DNA from: Fibrobacteria bacterium
Lineage (GTDB): Bacteria > Fibrobacterota > Fibrobacteria > UBA11236
DNA: 29,918 nucleotides
NCBI GenBank assembly: GCA_050486505.1
Contig: JBJHDK010000028.1
Coordinates: 1-29,918 of the forward strand
Direction: 5' to 3'
Below, one piece after another: positions 17,496 through 26,900 of the stretch; position 1 is the first letter of the stretch, and every line of letters begins with the position of its first letter. The translations under genes and the position numbers were made by a program. The notes under the pieces are model-generated. The model made no database searches. It saw only the letters and a list, made by a program, of their open reading frames with translations, and was not told the origin of the DNA.

Positions 17496-18137
17496 TCACC
17501 GCATATCCACCGTTTCGGCCCCGCGCGGCGCCGTGAAGCGGAAAACGCCCTCCGCGAGGCGCGCATCGTGCCGCAGCGAGCGCACGCGGTATTCGATGCG
17601 GTTCCCCGCCGGATCCTCGGTTTCGACGCTGCGCACCGTCTTTCCGTCCCCGGAAAGCGTGATCACGAGGCTGTCGAGCGATTCGCCCACGCTTTCGGGG
17701 TCGAGCACCACGCGCAGGATCCCGTCCCCGGTGCGCGAGGCCGACACCGGCTGCGCGTCGAGAAAGCGCAGCAGCACGTTCCCGGCGCGGCCCGCACGGG
17801 CCGCATCGCGGATCACCACCTGGCGGGTCGCCTCTGAATATTGCCACAGGGTTTCGCCGTCGCTGACCACCACGCCCTGCCCGTGCTCCAGCCGGAAGCG
17901 GCCCAGCCCGTCGGCGATCAGGGAGCCCCGGACGGAGGGCATGGGGGTCCCGGCCGCACCGATGGCGCGGGACTCGTAGTCGAGGGACACTGCCGGGGCG
18001 GTTCGCTGGGCTTCGGCGAGGGCCTCCAGGGCGGCGCGCGCCTCGGCGAGGTTCGTCGAAGCGGAGGCGCGCGCCGGAGCGGCGTGAAACAGGGAGAAGG
18101 CCAACAGGGGTGCCCAAACGGGGAGAGTGCGAAGCAT
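17496..18137 (-). CDS. lolA: Outer-membrane lipoprotein carrier LolA family protein
   Basis: Signal peptide, GRFRLE...VVVSDGETLWQYSEATRQVVI, D..GN, FRFTAPRGAETVD. Confidence 0.85.
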   Translation of the reverse strand: MLRTLPVWAPLLAFSLFHAAPARASASTNLAEARAALEALAEAQRTAPAVSLDYESRAIGAAGTPMPSVRGSLIADGLGRFRLEHGQGVVVSDGETLWQYSEATRQVVIRDAARAGRAGNVLLRFLDAQPVSASRTGDGILRVVLDPESVGESLDSLVITLSGDGKTVRSVETEDPAGNRIEYRVRSLRHDARLAEGVFRFTAPRGAETVDMR

Positions 18138-18234
18138 GGTCGGGGCAACATATAAAAGCGCGCACCCCCCGACTTTCCCGTTTCGACGCCCTCCCGGGAG
18201 GTCTGCGACGGCCTTTTCTAATATTTATGCCACC

Positions 18235-19161
18235 ATGGAGAACGCAGCCTCCAGGGACGAAAAGCCCGATATCCTCAAGCGCATCGAAGCCATCGGAAAT
18301 CGTGAAGCCGATGCACTCGATTCGCCGCGCATGCTGCGCGCGTATCTCGCGTCTCCCGACGCGGAGATCGTGATCGCCGCGCTGCAGGCCAGCGGTTCTT
18401 TCGTCACTGACCACCCCCTGTTCGAGGCCATCCTCGCGATGGCCGCGCGGCACCCCGATGAGGAGGTGCGCGGCATGGCCGCGAGTTGCCTCGGCAACGT
18501 GATCTACGACGGCCTCGAATACGAGGAGGATCTTCCCGAGAACGCCGAGGCCCCCCCGCCGCGCGTCGCTCCGGAGTTTTACCACGCGGTCAAGGAGTTT
18601 CTCCTCGCGCGCGTCGATGCCCTGATGGAAAGCATGGAGGTTCGCCGCCGCGTGGTGGAGGCGCTGGGCTATCTCGCCTGGAAGCCCGAGGTGCGCGAGA
18701 TCGTGCTGCGCTTCTACCGCGAGGCGCCCAACCCCTGGGTCAAGGTCAGCGCGCTCTACGCCATGGGCCTTGTGCGCGACCCCGTGTTCGAGCGCATCCT
18801 GCTCGAGGAGCTTTACAGCACGAACGATCACGTACTGATCGAGGCGGCGCACGCCTCGCACATGCTGCAGCTGCGCGCCGCCGAAAAGCGCCTCGAGGAG
18901 TTGGCGCGCCACCCCAATGTCGACGTGCGCTACGAGGCCGTGGTCGCCCTTGGAACCGTGGGCCGGCTCGACCGCCTTCCCGAAGTGCTGCGCACCATCG
19001 AGGCAGAGAACCGCGACTCCGCCGATGTGGCCGAGGCCCTCGAACAGGCGCGCGGCATCCTCAAGCAGCGCAGCATGATGGAGAGGGGCGAAGACATCTG
19101 GGATGATCGCATCATCCTGAGCGAAATCGACGAGATGCTCGAAAATCCCAACGGCAACTAG
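18235..19161 (+). CDS. HEAT-repeat protein of unknown function
   Basis: Repeated helical HEAT motifs (DEEVRGMAASCLG, EVRRRVVEALG, WVKVSALYAMG, VDVRYEAVVALG). Start placed at MENAAS. Confidence 0.8.
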   Translation: MENAASRDEKPDILKRIEAIGNREADALDSPRMLRAYLASPDAEIVIAALQASGSFVTDHPLFEAILAMAARHPDEEVRGMAASCLGNVIYDGLEYEEDLPENAEAPPPRVAPEFYHAVKEFLLARVDALMESMEVRRRVVEALGYLAWKPEVREIVLRFYREAPNPWVKVSALYAMGLVRDPVFERILLEELYSTNDHVLIEAAHASHMLQLRAAEKRLEELARHPNVDVRYEAVVALGTVGRLDRLPEVLRTIEAENRDSADVAEALEQARGILKQRSMMERGEDIWDDRIILSEIDEMLENPNGN

Positions 19162-19181
19162 CGGCACGCCCGCGCGCTCCC

Positions 19182-20597
19182 GTGCCCTCCCCGAACCTCG
19201 ACCACGGCTTCTTCTCCGGCATCGGCGGCGGCGGCATGAGCGCCCTCGCGTGGTACCTGCGTCAAGGCGGCCGCGCGGTCTCCGGGTCGGACCGTCTCTT
19301 TGATCGCAACGGCGCCCCGGCATTGCGCGCGGCCATGGAGGCCGCCGGGATCATGATCCTTCCACAAGACGGCAGCGGCCCCTCACCCGAGCACACCGTG
19401 CTCGTCGTCTCCACTGCCATCGAAGGCGACAGCCCCGAGGTCGCGCGGGCGCGCGAACTCGGCATCCCCGTGCTGCATCGCTCCGAGTTGCTCGCGCACC
19501 TCGCCGCGGAGAAGAAGACGATCGCCGTGGCCGGCACCTCGGGCAAGTCCACCGTTACCGCGATGACCTGGCACGTGCTGGAGGCGGGAGGATTGGGGCC
19601 CTCGCTCATCACCGGGGCGAACCTCAATGCGCTCACCGGGCTCGACCTGCCGGGCAACGCCGTCGCGGGCGCAGGAGACTTTTTGGTCATCGAGGCCGAC
19701 GAGTCGGACGGCAGTCTGGTGCGCTACCACCCCGAGGTGGCGGTGCTGCTCAACATCGAGAAGGATCATCAGGAAATCGAGGCTCTCATGCCGCTGTTCC
19801 GCACCTTCCGGGAGCAGGCCAAGCGGGCGGTGATCCATCAGGGCGATCCGCGTTGCCTGGGGCTGAAGAAGCTGGGCGACGCCTTTTTCGACGGGATGTC
19901 GGCGGGGGGGCTCTCCGTGCGCGATGCCGTATTCGGGGAATGGGAGACGACCTTTACGCTGGACGGGGTGCGCTTCGGGATCGCCGCTCCGGGGCGGCAC
20001 AACCTCGAGAATGCCTTGGCCGCCGTCGCCACGGGACGCCTGCTGGGCGTCCCGCTCGCCGACTGCGCGCGCGGATTGCGGGACTTCCGCGGCGTGGAAC
20101 GCCGCTGGACGCGCGTCGGCGCGGGGGGCGGCGTCACCGTGATCGACGACTTCGCGCACAACCCGGCCAAGGTGGCCGCCGCCCTGGCGACGGCGAAGGG
20201 CCTCGCCTCCGGGGAAAACCGCCGCGTGCTGGCGATCTTCCATCCCCACGGCTTCGCCCCCATGAAACTCGTGGGGCGCGACATCATGGAGGCCGCCGCC
20301 GCGGTGCTCGGCCCCGACGACCGGCTCTATCTTCCCGACATCTACTACGCGGGCGGAACCGCAGATGCCTCGATCTCATCGGCGGATCTGGTCGATCATT
20401 TCAATGCCGTGGCCGTGCACCCCGTGGCGCGGCATGTTCCGGCGAAGGACGATGTGATCTCAGTCGTGGCGGCGGAAGCCCGCCCGGGCGACCGGGTGCT
20501 GTCGATGGGCGCCCGCGATCCGGGTCTGGCGGCGTTCGCGCGGCGGGTTTTGGCCGCGCTGGGCGGGGATGGCGGGGATTCCCCGAAAACCCCTTGA
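19182..20597 (+). CDS. Mur ligase, MurC/Mpl family (stand-alone paralog)
   Basis: GIGGGGMSALA, SGSD, VAGTSGKSTVT P-loop, EADESDGS, GRHNLENALAA, FRGVERR, DDFAHNP. Confidence 0.85.
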   Translation: MPSPNLDHGFFSGIGGGGMSALAWYLRQGGRAVSGSDRLFDRNGAPALRAAMEAAGIMILPQDGSGPSPEHTVLVVSTAIEGDSPEVARARELGIPVLHRSELLAHLAAEKKTIAVAGTSGKSTVTAMTWHVLEAGGLGPSLITGANLNALTGLDLPGNAVAGAGDFLVIEADESDGSLVRYHPEVAVLLNIEKDHQEIEALMPLFRTFREQAKRAVIHQGDPRCLGLKKLGDAFFDGMSAGGLSVRDAVFGEWETTFTLDGVRFGIAAPGRHNLENALAAVATGRLLGVPLADCARGLRDFRGVERRWTRVGAGGGVTVIDDFAHNPAKVAAALATAKGLASGENRRVLAIFHPHGFAPMKLVGRDIMEAAAAVLGPDDRLYLPDIYYAGGTADASISSADLVDHFNAVAVHPVARHVPAKDDVISVVAAEARPGDRVLSMGARDPGLAAFARRVLAALGGDGGDSPKTP

Positions 20598-20622
20598 TTT
20601 CAGGGGTTCCCCCCGTAAACGC

Positions 20623-20651
20623 TTGACAAACCCCGAGTTGGTAATGAACTT
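20623..20651 (+). promoter_or_regulatory. Sigma70-type promoter for the bS22-like gene
   Basis: Perfect TTGACA at 20623-20628, 17-bp spacer, GAACTT at 20646-20651. GAGGT SD at 20676-20680. Confidence 0.55.
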
Positions 20652-20684
20652 TACGCCTCTGTTTTTGACCCCAACGAGGTAACG

Positions 20685-20780
20685 ATGCCCTGTGGTAAGA
20701 AGCGCAAGCGCGCAAAGATGGCGACTCACAAGCGCAAGAAGCGCCGCCGTCTGAACCGTCACAAGAAGAAGCTGTCGTAA
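20685..20780 (+). CDS. Small basic ribosomal protein bS22-like (AURKAIP1/COX24/mS38 family), 31 aa; not in the ORF track
   Basis: Translates to MPCGKKRKRAKMATHKRKKRRRLNRHKKKLS and has its own promoter, SD and terminator. Confidence 0.88.
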   Translation: MPCGKKRKRAKMATHKRKKRRRLNRHKKKLS

Positions 20781-20839
20781 CCCGGCGCGGCTTTTGCCGC
20801 GTCTTGCCCGGCAGCCTGATCGCAGTTCCGCACCTCAAG

Positions 20840-20866
20840 AAGGGTTTCCAACGGAGACCCTTTTTT
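20840..20866 (+). terminator. Rho-independent terminator after the bS22-like gene
   Basis: GGGTTTCC-aac-GGAGACCC stem followed by TTTTTT. An additional GCGCGGC-tttt-GCCGCGT hairpin lies at 20785-20802. Confidence 0.8.
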
Positions 20867-20882
20867 CGTCTAACTTCCCGCC

Positions 20883-23072
20883 ATGCCCTCCGTCGAGCTC
20901 CGCAAAGTCACCGTTAAAACCGTGACATTTCATAACCCCGACAACGGGTGGTCGGTGCTGAAGATGCTGCGCCCGGGCGACCCGAACCCGTTCACGGCGG
21001 TGGGAGGGTTTCCGCGCCTTGCCCCGGGAGAGACGCTCGACATCCGCGGCGAGTGGATTCGCCACGAAACCTTCGGGGAACAGTTCCGCGCCGACGCCTA
21101 CCGCCTCGCCGTTCCCGAAGGCAACGCGGCCATCGAGCGCTATCTCGGCGGCGGTGCCATCAAGGGTATCGGCCCCGTGCTGGCGAAGAAGATCGTCGAC
21201 CGCTTCGGCGAAGACACCTTCGACATCCTCGACAATGCCCCGGAACGGCTCGACGAGGTTCCCGCACTGCGCGGCCGCCGCAAGGAGAAAATCCTGCAGG
21301 CGTGGCGCGAGAGCAAGGGTATCCGCGAGGTGATGTTCTTTTTGCAGGCGCACAACCTGAGTCTCGGCCTCAGCCACCGACTCATCCGCCAGTACGGTCC
21401 CGGCGCCGCCGAAGTCATCAAGGCCAACCCCTACCGCCTCGCCGACGAGGTGTGGGGGATCGGTTTCCTCAAGGCCGACGACGTGGCCCGCAAGCTCGGC
21501 TTTCCGGAAGACGGTTACGAGCGCATCCGCGCGGGATTGGCTTATGCGCTGGCGCGGGGAACGGATTCCGGCCACGTCTTCTTGCCGCGCGACGCCCTGA
21601 TCGAAAAGGCGGCGGAGCTTCTGCGCCTCGAGACCGACGCCATCCTGTACACCCTCGACAACATGGCCTCGACCGAGACTGTTCTGCGCGACGAACACGG
21701 GAACTGCTACCTGCCCTGGCTCTACCACGCCGAGGCGGGCATTGCCCGCCGCGCGGGAATGCTCCGCTTCGGCCTGCGCCCGCTCGACACGGCCCTCGTG
21801 CACAAGGCCATCGCTTCGGCGGAGCAGCGCGCGGGGGAAGGCTTCCGGTTCAGCGCGGACCAGCGCCGGGGCATCGAGCGCGCGGCCAACGAGGGGTTGT
21901 TCCTGCTGACGGGCGGGCCGGGCACGGGCAAGACCACCACGGTGGCGGCGGTGCTGGCCGTCTTCGCGGCGGCCGGGCTCGAGACGAAGCTGGCCGCGCC
22001 CACGGGCCGCGCCGCGCGCCGCATGGCGGAGGTCACGGGACGGCGCGCCTCCACGTTGCACCGGCTGCTGCAATACGACCCGTCCACCCGGGGATTCGTG
22101 CATGACGAAGAAAACCCCCTGCCCTGCCAGGCTCTGGTGGTGGACGAAGTTTCGATGATCGACACCGCTCTGATGTATTCCCTGCTGCGCGCTGTAAAAC
22201 CCGGCACCCGCCTCGTGCTGGTGGGCGACCCGGATCAGCTGCCCTCGATCGGGGCAGGCAAGGTGCTGGCGGAATTCATCCGTTCCGAAACCATCCCTCA
22301 CCTGCACCTGGCGGAGGTCTTCAGGCAGGCGGAGGCATCGCACATCGTGACCAACGCCCACCGCGTGCATCGCGGGGAGATGCCCGTGTTCAGCGAGCCC
22401 GACGACGGGGGCGACTGTCACTTCGTCGGGCGCGACGAGGCGGGCAGCTTGCTGCAGACCGTGGTCGAACTGGCCTGTGACCGCCTGCCGCGCCGTTTCG
22501 GGTTCGATCCCGCGCGCGAGGTGCAGGTGCTCACGCCGATGAACCAGGGACCCTTGGGCACCATCGCCCTCAATGCGGCCCTGCAGGAACGGCTGAATCC
22601 TTCCGGTCCCGCCCTCAATCACCGGGGGCGCTTGCTGCGCCCGCGCGACAAGATCATGCAGTTGCGCAACAACTACGAGAAGAACGTGTTCAACGGCGAC
22701 ATCGGGCGCGTGGTGTCGATCGACACGGAGGACGGCTCCCTGGTCGCGGATTTCGACGGGGAACGCCTGCAGTACTCCGAGGATGAACTCGACCAGCTCG
22801 CGCTGGCCTACGCGGCCACCATCCACAAAAGCCAGGGCAGCGAGTTCCGTGCCGTGGTCTTCGCCCTGTCGAAAAGCCACTGGGTGATGCTGCAGCGCAA
22901 CCTGTTCTACACGGGGCTGACCCGCGCGCGGGAACAGCTGGTCATCGTGGGACACCAGGCGGCCCTGCGCCGCTGCGTCGAACACAACCCGGCGGTGGAA
23001 CGGAATACCCTGCTTGCGGAACGGCTGCGGGAAATCACACCCTTGTCATCACCATCGGCTCACCGTCCGTGA
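20883..23072 (+). CDS. recD2: ATP-dependent RecD2 (RecD-like SF1B) DNA helicase
   Basis: N-terminal OB-like domain, HhH motifs (IKGIGP, WGIGFLKAD), GGPGTGKTT, APTGRAA, DEVSM, GDPDQLPSIG, TIHKSQGSE, YTGLTRAR. Confidence 0.95.
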   Translation: MPSVELRKVTVKTVTFHNPDNGWSVLKMLRPGDPNPFTAVGGFPRLAPGETLDIRGEWIRHETFGEQFRADAYRLAVPEGNAAIERYLGGGAIKGIGPVLAKKIVDRFGEDTFDILDNAPERLDEVPALRGRRKEKILQAWRESKGIREVMFFLQAHNLSLGLSHRLIRQYGPGAAEVIKANPYRLADEVWGIGFLKADDVARKLGFPEDGYERIRAGLAYALARGTDSGHVFLPRDALIEKAAELLRLETDAILYTLDNMASTETVLRDEHGNCYLPWLYHAEAGIARRAGMLRFGLRPLDTALVHKAIASAEQRAGEGFRFSADQRRGIERAANEGLFLLTGGPGTGKTTTVAAVLAVFAAAGLETKLAAPTGRAARRMAEVTGRRASTLHRLLQYDPSTRGFVHDEENPLPCQALVVDEVSMIDTALMYSLLRAVKPGTRLVLVGDPDQLPSIGAGKVLAEFIRSETIPHLHLAEVFRQAEASHIVTNAHRVHRGEMPVFSEPDDGGDCHFVGRDEAGSLLQTVVELACDRLPRRFGFDPAREVQVLTPMNQGPLGTIALNAALQERLNPSGPALNHRGRLLRPRDKIMQLRNNYEKNVFNGDIGRVVSIDTEDGSLVADFDGERLQYSEDELDQLALAYAATIHKSQGSEFRAVVFALSKSHWVMLQRNLFYTGLTRAREQLVIVGHQAALRRCVEHNPAVERNTLLAERLREITPLSSPSAHRP

Positions 23073-23778
23073 TCACCACGGTGTGCTCGTATTGGGCGAC
23101 GTATCCCCCGTCGTCGGCGACCAGGGTCCAGCCGTCTCCGGTCTCTTCCGCGAAGGTGCCGCCTGTTGAGACGAAAGTCTCGATGGCCACGGCCATGCCC
23201 AGGCCGAAGCGGCCGCGCTGACGCGGCTCGTAGTAGCTCAGGATCTCCGGAGCCTCGTGAAGCACCCGCCCGATCCCATGCCCCGCGAGATTGCGAAGGG
23301 TCGAAAAGCCGGATGCGCGCGCCTCGCGCTCCACCGCCGCGCCCACGCGGTTCAGGGGTTCCCCCGCCCGCGCGGCCCGAAGCGCGCTTCGCAGGGCGCG
23401 GCGGGAACAGGCGCACAGATCCACGAGCCGTCCCGCCTCGAGCCCCACCGGAACCGTAAACCCCGTATCCGCGAAATACCCCTCCAGTTCGGCGGAAACG
23501 TCGATATTGACGAGATCACCCCGGCGAATGACCCGGTCCGAAGGGATCCCGTGCGCGACCTCCTCGTTCACGCTGATGCAGGTCGCGCCGGGAAAACGGT
23601 ACAGGGACGCCGGGGCCGAGCGGGCACCGCGCGTTTTCAGGGCCTCGGCGCCGATCGCATCCAGTTCGCGCGTCGTGACGCCCTCCCGCAGGGCACCCTT
23701 CATGATCTCCAGTGTCTCGGCCACGACGCGGCCGGCCGCACGCAGCCCGTCGAGGTCGTTTTGTCCGCGGATCGTCAT
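23035..23778 (-). CDS. map: Type I methionyl aminopeptidase
   Basis: CISVNEEVAHGIP, DVS...GYFADT, GHGIG..LHEAP, AIETF, DGWT, AQYEHT. Confidence 0.95.
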   Translation of the reverse strand: MTIRGQNDLDGLRAAGRVVAETLEIMKGALREGVTTRELDAIGAEALKTRGARSAPASLYRFPGATCISVNEEVAHGIPSDRVIRRGDLVNIDVSAELEGYFADTGFTVPVGLEAGRLVDLCACSRRALRSALRAARAGEPLNRVGAAVEREARASGFSTLRNLAGHGIGRVLHEAPEILSYYEPRQRGRFGLGMAVAIETFVSTGGTFAEETGDGWTLVADDGGYVAQYEHTVVITDGEPMVMTRV

Positions 23779-23826
23779 CAGAATGTCCCTTCCCGGAAAA
23801 GAGCCGCAGGGTCGCGGAATCGCATG

Positions 23827-23874
23827 GAAAAACCGGCGTTTTTCGTATAATACTAGCCCTTTTGTGAAAAGGGC
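23827..23874. promoter_or_regulatory. Divergent map/sprA promoter region: TATAAT flanked by two perfect palindromes
   Basis: GAAAAAC-cggc-GTTTTTC (23827-23844), TATAAT (23846-23851), GCCCTTTT-gtg-AAAAGGGC (23856-23874). Confidence 0.6.
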
Positions 23875-23948
23875 GCGCGGGGGGAGCCCGTGCGGTCACG
23901 CGCGAACGATCGGGGACTCTCCGGAACAAGACCGGGACAGGCAATATT

Positions 23949-26900
23949 TTGAGGATTCTGCGTCTATCGGAACTCCGCGCGGGAAGGGCGGCCGGGCATC
24001 CTTGTGTCCTCTTTGCGCTGTTCCTGGGCGCGGCGGTGCAGGCGAACGCGCCGCAATACCTGCCGGTTCCCCCCGTGGCACGTCCCTTTTCCGATCTCAC
24101 CCCCCCCGCCGGAATGGCGACTCCGGGCGGAGTGCTTGAGGTCAACAGCGAATTGCTGCGACGCGACGTGCGCGCGAACCTCGAGACCGGGCGCGTCGAA
24201 ATCACCGAGATGCTGGTCCTGGGAGAAGACACCACCATCGTGTGGAAGGCCGCTCCCGAGATTTCCGACTACACGTCCGAACTCAACGAACAATTGCTCG
24301 ACCGGCGTTGGATGCTGCAAGTCGCCGGGCAGCAAGAACCGCCCCCCACGGGGGAATTCGGAACCTTCGTCTTCGACCTGCCCTTCCGCATTCCCGACTG
24401 GATGCGGCGCATCGGCGTCGACCATCCCCGCCTCACCATCAACGGATCGTACAAGCTGGTCACCGAAGGCACGCGCCGGAGCGGATCGGGTGTTCCACAT
24501 TCCAGCAGCTGGTTCCCCAGCCTGACCCTCGACCAGCAACCCGCCTTCGTGGTGCGGGGCACCATCGGCAGGTTGATCTCCGTGGAAATCAACAGCGAGG
24601 AGGGATTCGGCAACAACATGCAGGACCAGCTCAAGTTGAGCTACCGGGGTGAGGGTGATGAACTCGAAGACGACATCATCCAGGAAATCGAGATCGGAAA
24701 CACGTCGCTAAGCCTTTCGGGAACCGAACTGACCGGTTACACCGAAGAGCATCGCGGCCTGTTCGGAATGAAAATGCGGATGAAGATCGGCAACCTGGAA
24801 ATCACGACCATCGCTTCGCAAGAAGGAAGCACGCAGGAGCGGCAGAAGTTCGGCGCGGGAACCGAAGCCCGCGAATTCCCGCTCGAAGATCGCGCCATCG
24901 ATTTTTACCGCCACTTCTGGCTGACGCTGTCCGATCGCGAGGAGTATGGAAACCCCGCCAGCTGGGACGGATCCGGACCGCTCTACGTGGATGGCGCGCG
25001 CGTGCGCCGTCCCGTCGAGGTATTCCGCCTCCTGACGGCGGGCGAGGAGCCCGTGCTCACCGACTCGGCCCAGGCATGCGCCTACAACGAATCGGTCCAG
25101 CCGACGGTTTGCGTCTCGGGACGCTGGAAGACTCTCGTGGAGGGCCAGGATTTCTCGTACGACGAAGAACTGCGCATGCTTTCTGTCCCGGGCGGACACC
25201 GCGAGATCACGCTGGCCGTACGTTGGGAAGGCGATCACATCCAGTCCGAGCCGAACGCGCCCCCGCGCAGGGACCCCACGCGCAAGATCCTCATCTACTC
25301 CCGCAGCCACCAGGACCACCCCGACCTGGACCCCCTGATGTGGCGCAACGTCTATTCGATCGGCCGGGTAACCCCGCAAGACCGCGACAACTTCCGCCTG
25401 AGCATCGTGGACAACGAGGGGCGCGAGAGCGCGCCCGGCGACAGCATCACCTATGTGCGCAGGCTCGGCCTGGAGCGCCGCGACCAGCGCGGACGGCTGG
25501 ACATCGACAACCGTTACGTCTTCAAGCTGGAACAAGGCGTGCTCGTGCTGCCTTGTCTCTCGAGCGGTGTGGGCGATGGCGACCCGGCGAATTGCCTGAC
25601 CCCGATGAGGCGCGTGCGTCCCCAAATCCGGCTTTACGACGCGACCGTTGAGGAAATCCAGTCGGGGCCCACCGCCAGCCGCTTCATTGTTTTCGGGCGC
25701 CAGCGCCAGAGCAGCTTCGACGTGCGCGAGAACACGCTCGCCGCGGGAGGCCAGCAATGCTTCGACATCAACCCGGGCACTGAGCGCATCGTCCTGAACG
25801 GATCCACCCGGCTGCGGCGCGGCGTGGACTACGAGGTCATCTACGAAACGGGGCAAATCTCCCTGCTCTCCGCACGGGCCAGGGATCCCAACGCCGAAAT
25901 CGACATCAGCTACGAGTGCGACCCGCCTTTCCAGATCCAGGACAAGGTGCTCCTGGGAACACGCATGGAGTACAAGCTCGACAACATCTCGGAACAGAGC
26001 CTGATCGGAGCGACCGTCCTCTTCAAAAGCCAAACCACGACCGAGCGCCAGCCCGAGCTCGGATACGAGCCCTTCAATCACCTGCTCATGGGGATGAACA
26101 CCCGGCTGGCCGGCGAACCGATGTGGATGACCCGCCTTGTGAACATGTTCCCCTTCGTGCACACCGAGGCCCGCTCGCGCGCCAACCTCGAATTCGAGAT
26201 CGCCCACAGTCTCTACAACCCGAACACCCGCAACAGCGCCTACATCGACAACTTCAACTTCAGCGAAAACGTGACGACTTCGCCGATGCACATCTATAGC
26301 TGGACCAAGGCCTCGCCGCCCGTGTTCGGGAACGACGGCAGGCCTGAGCAGACCCTGGACTTCCGCCATCAGGGGCAACTGGTCTGGCACAGCAGCTATA
26401 CCTTGCCTTACGCGCAGATCTACGGAAACACGGGGAACAGCTACACGAACAGCCGTGAGCAGAACATCCTGCGCCTTCAGTTTCAACCCAACGACAACCT
26501 GCTGGGAAATTCGTGGGGCGGCGTCATGCGCGCCTTCCCCCAGGGATTGTCGAACCACAGTCGCAAGCGCACGCTCGACGTGGTCGTGCAGGGGCGCGAG
26601 GGAACCCTGCACATCGACCTCGGGCGCATCTCTGAAGACATCAGCATCCCCGGCATCAACCGCGGGGAACCCGACGGACAGTTGCAGTCCGAAGTCGACG
26701 AGCGTTCGGGCGACTTCGTCAATCGCCGCGATGCGGGACTCGACGGAGTACTCACCGGCGAAGGGGAAACGGGCGGCCGCTGGGAGTGCAAGCCGGTGTG
26801 CTACTGGATCCCCAATCCGCCCGACCATCCCGACCCGGGGCTTGACAACTGGTGCCCCCCCACCCCCGGGGCCACGGAGGAACCGGCCTGCGTGAATGGA

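Noticed and set aside
17347..19323. 658-aa minus-strand ORF spanning lolA and the HEAT gene
   Set aside because: Mosaic of off-frame and antisense sequence, R/G/P-rich, with no domain signal.
20835..22985. 716-aa minus-strand ORF
   Set aside because: Antisense shadow of recD2 with no recognisable motifs.
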